The position numbers and the translations under genes were made by a program. A model generated the notes under the pieces. That model saw nothing but the letters and a program-made list of their open reading frames with translations. It was not told the origin of the DNA and searched no databases. Source: Raillietiella orientalis (taxonomy: Eukaryota). From it: a stretch of 64,000 bases of DNA. Location: assembly GCA_036172245.1 (NCBI GenBank), contig JAYWIR010000024.1, positions 806,001 through 870,000 of the forward strand, written 5' to 3'. Below, in pieces: positions 1-13,199 of this stretch; position 1 is the first letter of the stretch; each line of letters starts with the position of its first letter.

Positions 1-753
1 GGTCCATTCGGGACCGCTGCAGCCTGAGGGATCTTTCGAGCCCTCACGGCTGGTTCCACTTGCCTGCTCGCTTCCCGCTTTTCCCACTTCAAGAAGTACG
101 GCTCCCTGGGAGTGCCACCGAGCGGCGCTGTTGATCGAAACCTTTCGAGAGCCGCACACCTTCCTCCCTAATCCTCGTGCTCGCACGGTTCGCCTCGGCC
201 GCGCCGCGGAGGCGGGCGCACCTGGGGAGTGCAGATGACGCCGGTCCTCTTTGAGGGAAAGGAGGGACGCGTGCGCGTGAAATCCCTGGTGAGGTGCAAG
301 AGAGTGTGAAGATGACCACCGGCTCCGCCACACTGCTAGGAGGGTGCGGGCATCAGGGAAGAGGTCGAATGGCGTCGTGATGGAGAGCTCCAAGAAGCAC
401 ACTCCGCGTATAGCTAGCCTTGAGGTTTTTTTCACGGTCAGCGGCAAGTAATCCAAAGATCCAGGGATCTGGGTCCATCATTTCTTCAGGATGGCCTTCT
501 CTCGTAGACCTCCGTTTGGCTATTCTCATACCAATTCCTCTCTCTCTCTCTCTCTTTTTTCGTCCCCTTCTCCCTGAGATGAAATCTGGATTTTCCACTG
601 TTAATTACAGCTTCAGCTCATCCGGCTCGGCAAAAAATCTGTGCAGCGCTGCCAGGAGCGAAACTCTTCCGCGACGAGCTTCCAGTAACTCCAGCGTTTC
701 TGGCAAAGAGAATTTCACCTTGGATTCATCGCTTCGCGGTCAAGTGGGCGTGA

Positions 754-1880
754 GTGAGTGCGTCTGTTCGGACGGACGGATTGCAGCGCGATTTCGGTCA
801 GCAGCTCGCGCGCCAGGGGCGGCTCCAGGTCCAACTCGGAGCATCCGGAGAGTACCTTCTGCGCTTCCTCCGGATGCCCTCCGAAAGGACCCTTAGAACT
901 TCAGTGAGCTCCTCACCATCGTTAGCGAGGTCAGTTGTGACGAAGTTCGGCTCGCGTGGCTTCTCTCGAGTTTCCTTAGCGACCATTTCTGGTCCAGTTT
1001 ACGGTCAAACGGCGCTGCGTCCTCCGTTTCTTGATATTCATCTTCCTTTTTTCCTGATAAACCTTTCCAGCTAAGCCGGACTCGTCCGTCTGCGAGGCGG
1101 GTTGCATAGCAGAAAGATCCATCGTGCCGATTCGTTTGCTTCAGAAGACCGGTGAGCTTAGCAACAGGATACCATCGGAACTCGTGTTTGAAATGACTGC
1201 TCAGATAGGCTCTGTGTTTCCACGAGAAATACTTCCAACACCCTGACCATCCCTGGTTTCACGTTTCGAACGGGATGCAACACTTCATCCTGCTGCTTCT
1301 GCAGCTCCAAGAGTGTTGCAACAGAAAGTTTGAAAGGAGCCACAGAAGCTCTTGGATTCGCTGCCTTGTGCTGCTTGGGATTTTGGGGGAGGTAGGGTGG
1401 GGAGTAGGGGATCCTGCCTTCTACCATTTCTATATCGCTCATCAGCATAGTTCTACACTGACGCTTGAGACTTGTCCGATGGCACGTCCTTGGTGACAGC
1501 GGTGCTGTCAAATAGCACGTCCAGAAGACCTCATTCTCTCCGAGTGTTGAGGAAGAGTCCGTCTCTTTAATGAAGGGCTTTACTAATCTCTTTGGACGTC
1601 TAATGGTGAAGAGACGTTCGGGCAGTAGTTGCTTTGCAGTGCCAGCTGGTTCACAACGGCAGCAGACCAGTGCATGGTCTTCCAGACAGAAGTGCAATCA
1701 GGACAAGATCGTTCTGCAAGGTTGCCGCGACGTGAGTCTGAAGTGGATTCATCGATCGCACTTTGGTATCCAAGGAGGTTGCGAGCGGAGTGGAGATCGA
1801 ATACGCACACATGCACATTTCGAGTCTGCCAGAAGAGCCCAGCATCAACAAGAATTCAAGATCGACACTTTCTAGAGACC
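754..1880 (+). mobile_element. Heavily decayed Ty3/Gypsy LTR-retrotransposon pol remnant (RT to integrase zinc finger)
   Basis: ORF 754-1074 has GEYLLRFLRMP, resembling Gypsy RT G.Y.F.RMPFG. ORF 1570-1875 has KIVL..CRDVSLKWIHRSHFGI, resembling the integrase HHCC region L..IH..H.G. Order is RT then IN, with many stops and frameshifts; no LTRs identified. Confidence 0.5.
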
Positions 1881-2062
1881 GACTTTCTCGTGTCGTCTCG
1901 GGTCCATCGTACGTCTTTCCTCTTCCTCTTTTTGATTTGGTGACTCTCCCATGCTCGACGCCTCACAAAAAGTGGCTTCCGAATTAGAGAACATTGAATT
2001 TGTAGAAGAGGAAAGTCAAAAGAAGATTGGAAAATCGAATCCAACAATTCTATCAGTTAATA

Positions 2063-2430
2063 CGAGGCGCATCTCAAAAGTAAGGGCGGATCGGATAGAA
2101 AGAAAGAACAAATGAGAGAAGCAAAAATGTATTGGCGGTTCTAAATACGTGCATCCCATGTCATTTTTTTACGTAGTCATTATTTTTTTCCAAACACTTT
2201 TGATAATGTGGAAGAAGCCTTTTGAAACCCTCTGCATCAAATTCCGCTGTCTGGGAGTCCAGCCAGTTCAGCACTGCAGTTTTCAACTCCTCCTCACTTC
2301 GAATCGTTGAGCCACTTCTTAAGGTGCAGGAAGGCGTGGTAGTCACCGGGTAAGACTGTAAGGTGAGTGGTCAAAAAGTTCCCATTTGAATTTCTGAATC
2401 GTCTGGAATGTGCGGACAGCAGTGTGTGAG
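2063..2430 (-). mobile_element. Mariner (Tc1/mariner) transposon 3' end with TIR
   Basis: TA at 2061-2062 then CGAGGCGCATCTCAAAAGT (mariner-like TIR start). Minus-strand C-terminus EELKTAVLNWLDSQTAEF..EGFKRLLPHYQKCLEKNNDYVKK* and DYHAFLHLKKW. Homologous to 5259-5680. Confidence 0.8.
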
Positions 2431-2740
2431 ACCAAAAGGGTGTACTTTTGGTGGATTTTATGGAGCCTGGAACAACCATCACTTCGCTAGTTTACAGTGA
2501 AACACTTAAAACACTGCGGTGGGCTATTCGGTTCTGAATGGAATGTGGAATGCTGAGATCAGGAATTGTTCTTCCCCTTCACGAAACCGCACACCACACA
2601 ATTCTGTCTGCACATTCCAGGAAATGCAGAAATTCAAATGGGAACTGTCTGATCACTCACCTCACAGTTCTGACCTCGCGCCCAGTGACTACGACGTCTC
2701 CCTCTACCTCAAGGAGTGGTTTGCATCTCAACTATATCGA
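2425..2740 (+). mobile_element. Mariner transposase catalytic-domain fragment, opposite orientation to the adjacent copy
   Basis: Translates to KGVLLVDFMEPGTTITS, GIVL and QKFKWELSDHSPHSSDLAPSDY..LKEW (mariner YSPDLAPSDY motif), with frameshifts. Confidence 0.75.
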
Positions 2741-2859
2741 CTAAAAATTTTTTTAGTCATACTCAACTAAAAAGAAAAAAATCTGGAAGGAAAGCAGCCC
2801 ACAAAGGAAAACAGAGAAACTCCCACAAAGGATTCCCATTACCCTGGGCCATCCTAGGC

Positions 2860-4385
2860 TTTTTGTTTGTTCCGCCCCTCCCGACATCAAAGGAAGGACC
2901 GAGGAGAAAGAAAAAGGGCTTCTTAGAAAATCCCTGTGGGTCCAGAGTCCGACTCAAAGACTCGTGTGCTCCGCGTAAGGATGGTGGACTGGGACTGCTT
3001 ACGAGGGAGAGGATGGAGCGTCAGCTCCCATTCGGAAGACTTGCCCTCGAGGTGAGATTATGGATCACGCACTAACGCATCTCCTCGCGAAGAACGCAAC
3101 CGGCCGCGAGATACCAGCATCCCTCCTCGTCGCTCGCGAGAGATTTCTGAGGCGTTGCGGATGCCAACTCCGCCAGGTGGTTGTTCTGGTGGAGGAGAAC
3201 ATCCGGATCTCCTGCCTCCCCGCGAACTGCACTGCCTGATTCCAGGAGTGAGTCTTCGCCTGGGGAAAGATCCACGGCGCGAGCGAGGCCTCAACACTCG
3301 CAAGTCGCTAGAGGAGATCGTCCTCAACCCACAGAAGATGCGGTGGGCCTCGTATACCCCCCTTGCCCCAGTACTGCCCTCATTGAGGGACGCATGGGAC
3401 AGCGTAGTCATGGCAAGGTGTGAAGTGACGGTTTGCACAGCAGCAAAGAAGAAACTTCTGGGGGACGTGTACAACTCGGGAGGTGACGAATGCTGCGACT
3501 CCGCTCTCACCCCACGGACTTGTACTCTGGGGGGCCTGCTCGACATGCCTCCGGACGAGGTGAGGTGGTCCCCAGCGTGCTGGAACAGTGGCACCCTCCC
3601 CCTCAAGTGGCGGTAGTCGACGTTGCTGGTGTTGCATGGGGGAATCCCATGCAAAGCTCGCCCTAACCACTGGATACGGGGGAGCGTGGACGCTCCGGGA
3701 GACAGGTGCACGAAGGAGGCCCTCTCGCACCTGCTGTTAGACTGTGCTGCCCTCCGACCCCTTTAGGATCGCCTCGCGACGATTGTAGGAACCCCGGCAG
3801 GCGGTCCCAGGGACATCTTTAAACGCCTCTTCGTGCGTGATGCCGCTCTGACGCCGGCCGCGTCCCTCGCAGCCCTCTGCTGTGTTCGTGGGATCACGGA
3901 AGCCTGGAACGCCAGGAGAAGAGGCTGAAATGGGAGAGACTCCATCTACTGGGCGCAGGTCTTCCTGAAGACTGCCTCGAGATGGCCCCAGCCAGGCGAG
4001 ACACGGACGGAACTTGCCAGCGTCCTGGACTGGATGCAGAGGTTTCTGAGGTTGCCCTCGGGGATTACGGACGCTTTGCCGCGCCTTTTGGGGTCGCGGC
4101 AAAGTGTCCTCAAAGGGGCCAGAGGGCAGCATCGGAGAGATGCCTGGCAGCGTACTGTGATCCCTTCCTCAATCCTCTCCCTTCCCCGTGTATAATTTCC
4201 CCTCCCCTGTTTTGTGTGTTTATTTTTTTTGTTTTTGTTTTCCCTTCCCCCACATGCCTAAGCGGACATCGCCGATCGTCGTTCTTCGGCAGGTTCATTG
4301 CACGTGGTAGAAGCAAGACTTCTATCACACAAATGTAAGTTTGTTACTGTACGTAATAAATGCCTCGGCATAACCGGGTGATCAT
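2860..4385 (+). mobile_element. 5'-truncated L1/Tx1-type LINE copy, (CAT)n-tail subfamily
   Basis: RVRLKDSCAPRKDGGLGLL post-RT motif near 2945-3000 and a decayed zinc-finger region near 3700. Ends AATAAA-hairpin-GATCATCAT. 10-bp TSD CATCCTAGGC at 2850-2859 and 4386-4395. Confidence 0.85.
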
Positions 4386-5258
4386 CATCCTAGGCGAATA
4401 GTAAGCCCATTCTCTCGCTCCATAGATCCCATGCCAAATGGTTCGCTTCCATTCTCCAGCTACCGTATTTTGATGGCTGCTGTTGAGCCCTTTCAGCAAA
4501 TGGGAGAATTTTCCGATCCCTGCCGGCATATTGGATCTGGTCCAGACCAGTCGCGTGTTCGACACCCGCGGCTTGAAAAAACCTCGGTTTGCCTAGCAGT
4601 TTGGAATTCTGGGTCTCATGGAAACCGACTTCGGATGAGGCTCGTCTTTTGGATTATGAGGGATGGGTCTGATGGTAATTCTCTATCAGCAGCCATGCTA
4701 TTTTTCTTTAGCTACTTTTTGTGTTTACAATGGAACACCTGGTCAGGAACCACTCGTTGGCGAGCTTCGGTGAAGAAGTTCTCTTCCTCCTTACGTCCGA
4801 ACACTTCAACTTGTGAGAGCGATTCCTTTCCTTTTTTTAATTCTTTCCTTGTTTTATTTTATTTTCCAAGGCTTGTCCTCTGACACCATGTTTTCTCGTT
4901 TATAAGATCGGTGTCCGCAGATCCTCTGCACTCTCGGTTTTGTGGTTTTCTCATCGTGAGACGCGTGGATGTTCCTTTGAGACCCGTGCAGGTTCACCTG
5001 ACACTTCCCAATTTCGCTGCTTCACAGTCGGGGGCACCCATCAAAAGTGTCGCGTTCGAGGGAGTCAGCAAACCACAGCACCGCAATGTCCGCGTATTGT
5101 GGCTACATTAATGTGTGTCTTCTTTCTTTCCCATGTCATCATTTGCCCTTCTGCACCACCACAACACGGCTAGGTGATCGGAAGTTCCTATAAAAAACCT
5201 CTCTCTCCCAGGCGATGCTCTTTATGGCAAGAGCGTGTCCTGCGGCTCCCGGCTTTTA

Positions 5259-5830
5259 CGAGGAGCATTTCAAAAGTATTGGCAGATCGGATATAAAGAA
5301 AGAACAAATAAGAGAAACAAAAATGCATTAGTGATTCTGAACACATGCATCCCCATGTTATTTTTCTATGTAGTCATTATTTTTTTCCAAACATTTTCGA
5401 TACCGTGGAAGAAGCCTTTTGGAACCGTCTGCATAAAATCTCGCTGTCTGGAAGTTCAGACAGTTCAGCACTGCAGTTTTCAACGCCACACATGACCCAA
5501 ATCCTTTTCTTCCCTCGAATCGTTGAGCCGGTTCTTGAGGTGCAGGAAGACGTGGTAGTCACTGGACGCGAGGTCAGAGCTGAAAGTTCCCATTCGAATT
5601 TCTGCATTGTCTGGAATGTGCATACAGCAGTGTGTGGGCGCGCGCGTTGTCGTGAAGGGGAATAATTCTTGATCTCATTCCTGGACCCATCGTGCACACA
5701 GTGCACGGTAGCCTAGTGTGTCAATCACAATTCCAAGCAATGTTGTCTTTGAAACTTCTGGAAATTCTATGGAAAGATCACTAATTGTAAAGCGCCCTTG
5801 CTTTCTTACTTCAGCTCCGCCCACGTGTCC
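5259..5830 (-). mobile_element. Internally deleted mariner transposon
   Basis: TA at 5257-5258 then CGAGGAGCATTTCAAAAGT TIR, matching the 2063 copy. N-terminal piece RFTISDLSIEFPEVSKTTL..IV..TLGYRALCARWV (WVPHEL-motif region) is fused near 5680 to C-terminal ARPHTA..QKFEWE. Confidence 0.8.
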
Positions 5831-6215
5831 AGTGAGTCCGGCACGGTTTCCAAGTGATGCGCAGCTGCTGCAATCGTGCACCACGAGTCTTTCTGCAATC
5901 TTTTCACGTGGGATCCTGTCGTTCCATGGAGCAAGTCCAGAAGTGCTCCAGTAAGATTAGAAAGCAGGTCTGAGCTCCCATATTAAAGAGTTCATTGCAA
6001 TGCACCAATGAGAATGCTGGTGGTGACTCGTGTCCCACGCATAATGCCACAAACAGTTAACACGAATTTTCAGTGTCCACGATCAAAGCAACACTGCTGG
6101 GTTCCTTCCTAATAAGATACATACATGGACTCGTGTTTGTTTGTTTTTTGCTCAGATCTGGTTCCTGGGAAGCCTCTATACAGACTTATGGCATATGTTG
6201 TCGGCCAATGGAAAT

Positions 6216-7445
6216 TTATCACCCGGTCACACTGGGTCGTTTATTAATAAACCAGTCGGGGACAGAGTCCTCAACCAACACAACAACAGATGAAAGAGAG
6301 AGTCCACTGGCATGCAGGCCGGGAAAACGGACAGTTCCAAACGGGGGAGGAACAAGGGGACAGCAACAAAAAGCAAGACGGGAGGAAAGGGGTACGGGTC
6401 TATGGTGAGGCCCCGTTTCACCGTGGTAAAAACAAAAAGCACCAAGAACGTTACGGAGCCTGAGGGAACGTGGGTTCGAAACAATGAATAAATATGGAAG
6501 AGGGGGCAAGGATCACCGGGTTCGCCGCTGCAAGCCGTCTGTAAACCGGCGATGGATGTCGGTGATCTCCTCTTTGTCCTCTTCTGTCAGATGAGGCCAC
6601 CTGACGGCCGTCCTGATGTAGGTGGCTGCCTTCCTGATGACCTTCTTTCGCTGCCCGTTGATCATCAGCGCCTGTTGGGCCGAAACGATGGCTCAGATGC
6701 CGCCCATGGTTGCAATCACTGAGCTTCTCGATAGCCCTCTAGGCGCGAAGAACCGGCGCCGCAAGTCTCTTGCGGTATCCTCCTGATGAGAAAGTGCTGT
6801 TGCCAGCCTCTGCCAGAGTCTTCGGAGGATACCGCAGTCCAAAAGTAGCTGCGGGATCGACTCCGTCACCCCGCACCTTGCACAGTTTGCGGACGCAACC
6901 TCTCCGGAAACAATTGCTCGTTACACTGGAATCCGCAGTGAAGGAAGAGCACTACGGCTTGTTTCCAAGCAAGAGGGAACAGCGAACCGTCAACACAATG
7001 GGAAGGGACCACTTGTTCCTCGGGGGTAACACAAAGATCTTTTGTCCACCGAAGGAGTCCCTTCGCCATAGCACGAGGAGTAGCAGCATCCATCAACTCG
7101 CTCCTCTTTCAGTCGCCGAGGAGTTTTCTTCTTTCCGCTATGGTGCAGGAAACATCCCACCTCGCCGGTAGGCAGCTGTCGTCTCTTGCCCTGAGGGCAT
7201 ACAGCGCTGCGGCGAGGGGCGTTGCGGCCAGGGTGGATAACTTCACCTCGTCCTGAAGCACCTCCTCCAGAGGTCGTGGTAGGAGATGTCGCAGGGGGCG
7301 AAGATCTCCAGGGCTCATTCCTTGGAACGCCGCCCAGGACTTAACAGCCTCCAGCTGCCAAGCATTGAAGTTTATTGGGCTGCAGGAAATCCACGAGTGG
7401 GCTTCCAGAAGTGAGGCGAGTTGCCTCAGTGGGAAGCCAAAACAT
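6216..7445 (-). mobile_element. 5'-truncated L1/Tx1-type LINE copy
   Basis: Part of ORF 7109-7711 (AHSWISCSPINFNAWQ..ALYALRARDDSCLPARW) is homologous to 14901-15959. Minus-strand 3' end AATAAACGACCCAGTGTGACCGGGTGATAA. 13-bp TSD GGCCAATGGAAAT at 6203-6215 and 7446-7458. Confidence 0.85.
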
Positions 7446-7998
7446 GGCCAATGGAAATGAATAGCACTGAAACGCGTTGGACCCAGGGTTTTTCTGATGG
7501 TGCGATTGTGACCCAAATCCTTTTCCCTCTGAGAAACTGTTATTTCACTGCCCCTGCACATCAGAGAACCTTGATTAGAGGATGTCTTTGCATTGTCCTG
7601 CAAAGCTGCCTTCTTTTTAACGCGTAATGTCCAGTCGTTTTCTTTCTTTCTTTCTTGTGCTTGCGGGACTCGGAAAATCGAAAAGGAAAGCAACGCGACC
7701 TTCTCTCTCATACCTTCCTGTAGTTTCGAGGAAATCTACGAAACCTTACTGAGGTGAGATCCGTGCACACGAAGATCAAGCGGCAGATCTCGAGAAGAAA
7801 ACTGATGGTTGAATGAAACAGTCCACTGTGAAAGGATGAATTTAGATTGAGCAGAGGGCAACACTTGCAAAAGAAGAAGAATGGTAAACTTTGCACTCTT
7901 TCGGATACAGTTTCTCGTGTAAGTCCTATTCTGCTGAACGTTTGAACGTTCTACAAGCGGAGAGCATCCACCTGGCGCTCCCTACAGCAACGTTCCAT

Positions 7999-8821
7999 AC
8001 CCGACCCATAGGCAGCTGGAGGACTTGAGAGCTGGCAGACACCGCCACGCTTAGCATAATCCCGAAGGGACTCCTTCGGTGGAGTGAACACTTGAGTGTG
8101 CCCCCCGAAGAACTTGTGGTCCCTCCCTCCTGTTTGAACACTTCCGTGTTCCCTTTAACTCGGAAACAGGACGTCATCATGCTGGTGCATTGGGGTTTCC
8201 ACACCAACCAGCGGACGAACCGTGTTTCCGGGGGAGTTGTCTCCCCGAACTGCAAAAGGTGTGGAGAAGCAGAAACGCTCCCGCACCTGCTCTTGGACTG
8301 CGGTATCCTCCAAGGGCTGTGGCGGAGGCTGGCCTCAGCTTTCCAGCATCAGGGGGACACTGCAAGAGACTTGATGCGCCGCTTCTACACGCCAGGCGGT
8401 CTGTCTTTAGGTGCTGTCATCGCAACGGTCTGTTGCACCCGCGCCATCGATAAGGTCCACCGAGAGCTGGAGAAGCTGGCGATGTGTCGTCAGGCCACCG
8501 GAATAGCCGGCGTGAACATGGCGTCGGCTGCCGAGTAGGCCCATCTTCCAGAGGACATTAGGAGCGAGATCACCGGCATCCATAGCCGATTCTGAAGGAA
8601 AGGGATGGCCAAACCGAGGACCCCTGTCCCATACCCTCCCCATATCTTTATTTGTATTTTTTATATTTGTTTTTGTGGTCCCCTCCCTCCCGTTCCGGAC
8701 TTTCGGTATATCGACCTGCGTGTCGGGGATCCCCCCCCCTTCGTTTCTTCTGTGTCCTTTGTCCGGGAACTCTGTTTTTGGATAGTTTAGGAATAAACGT
8801 CCCTGCGCACCCAGGTGACAA
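7999..8821 (+). mobile_element. 5'-truncated L1/Tx1-type LINE copy (zf-RVT end and 3' UTR)
   Basis: CKRCGEAETLPHLLLDC zinc finger in ORF 8092-8538. TSD ACAGCAACGTTCCAT (7984-7998) vs ACAGCAAAGTTCCAT (8822-8836), one mismatch. Confidence 0.9.
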
Positions 8822-10904
8822 ACAGCAAAGTTCCATGGTGCCCTCACAGGACAAAGAAAAATTTAGAAGGAACAAAAAAGAGAGCTGAAGCAAAGAATGC
8901 AGAAAAAGACCAAGGTAACAGAAACTGCACTGATCTGTAGGGAGATTATTTACAGTGAATCGCGATGCTTACAAAATTGCTCTCCATTTAACGCAACAAG
9001 AAATGAAAGTGTACATGAAAGAACGTTTTTCTGCATATCACACAGTGCACTTGGAAGAAGCAAGCAAATTCTTCAGATGTGTGCAAAAAAAAGATGCTGC
9101 ATCGAAAAGGTATTTCTCAGGAGCTATGGCTAGTTCTGCACCAACCGACAGTTGAGAGATAGGGAGGGTTTCTTCAGCGCACTGCCTTGGTGGCCAAAAG
9201 CACAAGAGTGAAGGTACAGGAAGACGAGGGAAGACAGAGGGAGGCAGGAAAGTTTTCGACTGCTAACGGCAGAGTTCTGCAACGCACTACAAAGCAAAAC
9301 TGCAGCAAGAACTTGTCTTGAAGTCCTGATTTAAAGGAAGTATCGTGTTTTAAGATGCCAACGTTAGTTCATTTTGCGTGATGTAAGTCATACAGGGATT
9401 CTCAGTCCACTTCTTGCACTGTAATATCGGAATTTGTCGAAGCTTTTTTAGTTGGCAGGGAAATCTGAACGTGAGGAATAATGAGATTCCGTGTCTCAAT
9501 GCAAATGAGATTTTCACGGTGCAGCGAATCGACTAACATCCTAAACCTATTCTATAGTAAATTACCTCTAGCGATCCTACTAATTTTGAAGAGCTACTAC
9601 CTTCTCAGAACAGAGAAGAGCATGGAACTGTACCTACAGCACAAAAAGCAGCATCCAATATGAATCCCAGAAGCATTTCAGTATTTGCAAGCTATCTCAC
9701 TCATGAAAGTTGGTCACTTACCTATCGCCTTTCGTACTGACATCTGACTCTTCTGGCTCAACAAATGTTTTTGCCGTTACTTTCAAGAACATCGGTTGTT
9801 CATGGGCACAGTAAGAGTGGCTCTAAAAACAGTTCTCCTTGACGTCAACGTACAACATGGTGTTTTAGTTCTTCCTAACTTGGGTGTAGAGAATCAGTCA
9901 GCCACTTTTCTTTACCGTTGCTGTTGCTACCACCAAGCTGGGCCTCTCTTCGTAGCAGATTAAACAAGTTCACTTTTGACTTTCGTAAGACCATCATCAT
10001 TACATATCACCCGAAAAGGGGGTTAATTAATCTTCCCTCTAAATTCCAGAAATATTCTTCACTAAGCTGCACTCTGTTTACAAATACATCCTCGTCTCAT
10101 ACCATTTTTTTTTTTCTAAACAAAAGGTCTCTTCAACTATTTGAAAACTTAAATCACCACATGCAGCTTCACAACTGTCATCTACGTAGTCTCTTGCATT
10201 ACAACTTTCATAAACGATGCGTCCGAGGCACTGATTTATTTTTTATTTGTTAAAAATCACAGCTTTTTAGCTTCCATTATATGTACCGCTATTTCTTATA
10301 ATTGCGGTAATACTCAGAGGAATACCTCAAACGTTTTCCCATTGCGCTCGATCACTAGAAAACCTCTTTACTTTATTTTTCCTATCCTCTTCTTTGACTT
10401 TCTGCTTAACAGATTAATTTGCTATCGCCATACCAGGTCACTTGAAAATACGAAATAATCACCAAAACCAATAAAGAATATTCCAAGAGCCCTCCATTAG
10501 AACATTTATTTTCCATACTGTGAAAAAAAACATGTAAATGGGAATTTTAAAATGCCTTTCCATCAAAAGTACATACATGGCACGAAGAATGTAATGAACT
10601 TGGGTAACACTTGAGATTATAGAAATCTGGACGCCCCCGGGTGTTAGGCACGCCAAAGCATTTTCCTGTGCAGTCCTTTGAGGACTTTTCGAAAGCAGAA
10701 CGAACCTCCTCACGATGCAGTTACCACCAGCATTAAAAAATGCCTGGCCACGGATCAGGATGTCAGCCTTTGGGCGAGCTCAGTCAAGCTGAAAATCTCG
10801 TGCTTAAATGGTACTTCTCTGCTTCAGCAAGCTTGTGCACCTGCTTGGCGAACCTTTTCCTTTTCTCAATGTTTGAAACGGAATGACGGAAATCCTTCTT
10901 TTGT

Positions 10905-11632
10905 ATCTTCGGCAGTTCTTCGACACGGTTCCACGCCACCCGAGCGTGGGTAATTTCTTCAAGATAGGGGCTACCCCGGGAGAGACCCGCCCTCTGGATC
11001 CAGGAAGGGCTCAGATTCCGTTCCTCACACGCCGGGGAAGAAATGGAAAGGGGGGATGGGATCAGACCTCCACCCTGGTTGTCTCCGAAGGGGGAACCCT
11101 GAAGGGAATCTCCTTCGTCATTCTCTCCGGAGGACCCCCGGGGATTCTCTTCATTCTTTCTTCTCTGAGGGGAACCCGGAAAGGGTCCGCTCCTGGAATT
11201 TCTTCTCCGGAGGGATCCCCCGCAAGGGATCCGCTCCTGCTTTTACTCTTCTGAAGAGAACTCAGAAGGGACGCTTCGGAAATTCAGAAAGACGCAGCTT
11301 GCCCGAAGGAATCGGCTCTCGTCTCTGCACTCTCTGGAGAGGTGGTGGCGACACACCTACTCCATCAGTCCGACGCGGAGGGGTCCCTCCGGGAGGAGGG
11401 TCCGCTCCTTCACAACCGGAGGGGAGCTCCCACTCCGTGATTCCTGGAAGGACCCGGAGGTCGACTCCCATTTGTCCCGGCCCTCATCGGGGGCATCCGG
11501 TTGCAACCGCTACCAGTGGCGCACCCGGATGAACGGAGGCCAGCCATCGTCATCTTGTAGGGTGAACTGGAACCCGCGACGTATGGTGCTACGCGCGGAG
11601 ACCACCGTAACCACACGGCGTTCGACGCGTGC
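10905..11632 (-). mobile_element. Copy of long tRNA-headed SINE-like family (decayed, internal deletion)
   Basis: Reverse complement of 11565-11632 aligns with the heads at 42764 and 37521. Body 10905-11500 aligns with 42950-43480 and 38650-38940. Confidence 0.65.
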
Positions 11633-13199
11633 TGCAGGAATCGTGTGTCTATCCCGAAAGGTAAATAGTAGTCAAAGGGAGAGAGCATGGAGTTCCATTG
11701 TGTCTTTGCACTCGAGTGCAGGCAGAATGGAAGACGCTTAGTGAAGCCATCGAAGCTGCTGGGAACGCTGCACGCCTTATTTGCCGCAGTCTGCTTCAGC
11801 CACGAAAAAAGACAAAAGGCAAAGCGGGGAGACGTTTTGCCACAAGACACAAACCACTTGGAAAGCACGAACGGCGCATGCTGCCCATATTTTTCATCTC
11901 GACGATCCGAAAATATTGCTAACCATGGAAACACGTCGCCTGGAGGAAACTCTGGAATGGCAGCATCTCGTGTCGGAAACCCACAAGTGTCTTGCGTGTG
12001 AACTACGCAGTCAGTGAGGGAGTCGCTGAAGTTCCCAAACCGCACTCGGAAGGGGACTTGCTGGAGACGGTGTCAGGAATAGGTGCAATATAGGTGTTGA
12101 GGTGTTGGGCCCGGACCAAGCGAATTCGTTTGCAGACAGTGAGCTTGTCCTGGATCTGCAAGAGCCGAGAGGGGCTGATTTGACGGGCATCTGTGATGTT
12201 TTCGCATCGGAGCATTGAGAAAAGTTCGTTTTCCTCTCTTTGGCATATGATGCAGCAAACTGCTATGGAAAATGGACCTCAGTTTCTATTTTCATTAGAG
12301 TAGTAGTGAAGTAGGCTGAGAATAGTGCGAACGATCCATTTCATGAAGTTCTCGCATCATTGAAATTTGCACCGTTCGAACATATGAATACATGTAAAAT
12401 AATAAGTGCGTGTAACTGATTCCAGAACGATAGAAATAGGCAATGAAAATACTAAGATAAGTTTTCGAACGCTTATTAAGAGATACTACGATAAAAAAAT
12501 AAAGAGAATCTACTCGAAATGGAAATTCATCGTGAAAAAGAAAAATAACAAAGTAGTTACAGAGACCAAAATAAAAAAAGAGAAATAATCTGAATGCGAC
12601 CCAATAAGACAACTTTACACTGAAAAAAAACACTTTTATTGCTTCTCGATATCTTTCAGCAGAGTACACTGAACTCTTTTACTTTTCTTCAAATCTTCAT
12701 GGGTGCGTTTGTTCGTGCAGAATGCCTTGCCGATTGTCTCATCGACTTTGTGAACCAATGTATGTGACACGCCTCTTTTTTGCATTGCCAGTGTTTTTAT
12801 CTGAAGAACTAATCCTCTTGTCCACGTCATGGTTGGAAGCATGACTGGAGGGTCTTTTTAAAACGATTGCAACAAATCGTAAGAGGTGAAGTATGTTCCG
12901 ACAGGCAGCAGCACATGCATCTGCAATGATAAACGGACTACACGGCAGGGTCTGAAGCTAGCAATTTCAATCCCGCATGCACCAACCCAAATCAACTGAG
13001 TTTGGTAGGGGTTAAACGCGATCTGGATTTTTGAAAAAAAAAAAAAAAAAAACCTCAATAAATCGAATTCGCATTAATCGCGGTCTACCTGCACTTTCGA
13101 GGATGTACCTCAGTTGATACCAATTCAAAGTACTATGGCAGGAAAAGACCTAATCGAGAAAGTGGAACTAGGGCTACTAAAGTTCAACTAGCCACAAGG

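Noticed and set aside
8850..10240. Exon-like AT-rich stretches with splice-like signals (8914-8954 on +, 9716-10230 on -)
   Set aside because: Frames contain stops or frameshifts and no product is recognisable; may be old L1 linker or dead gene debris.
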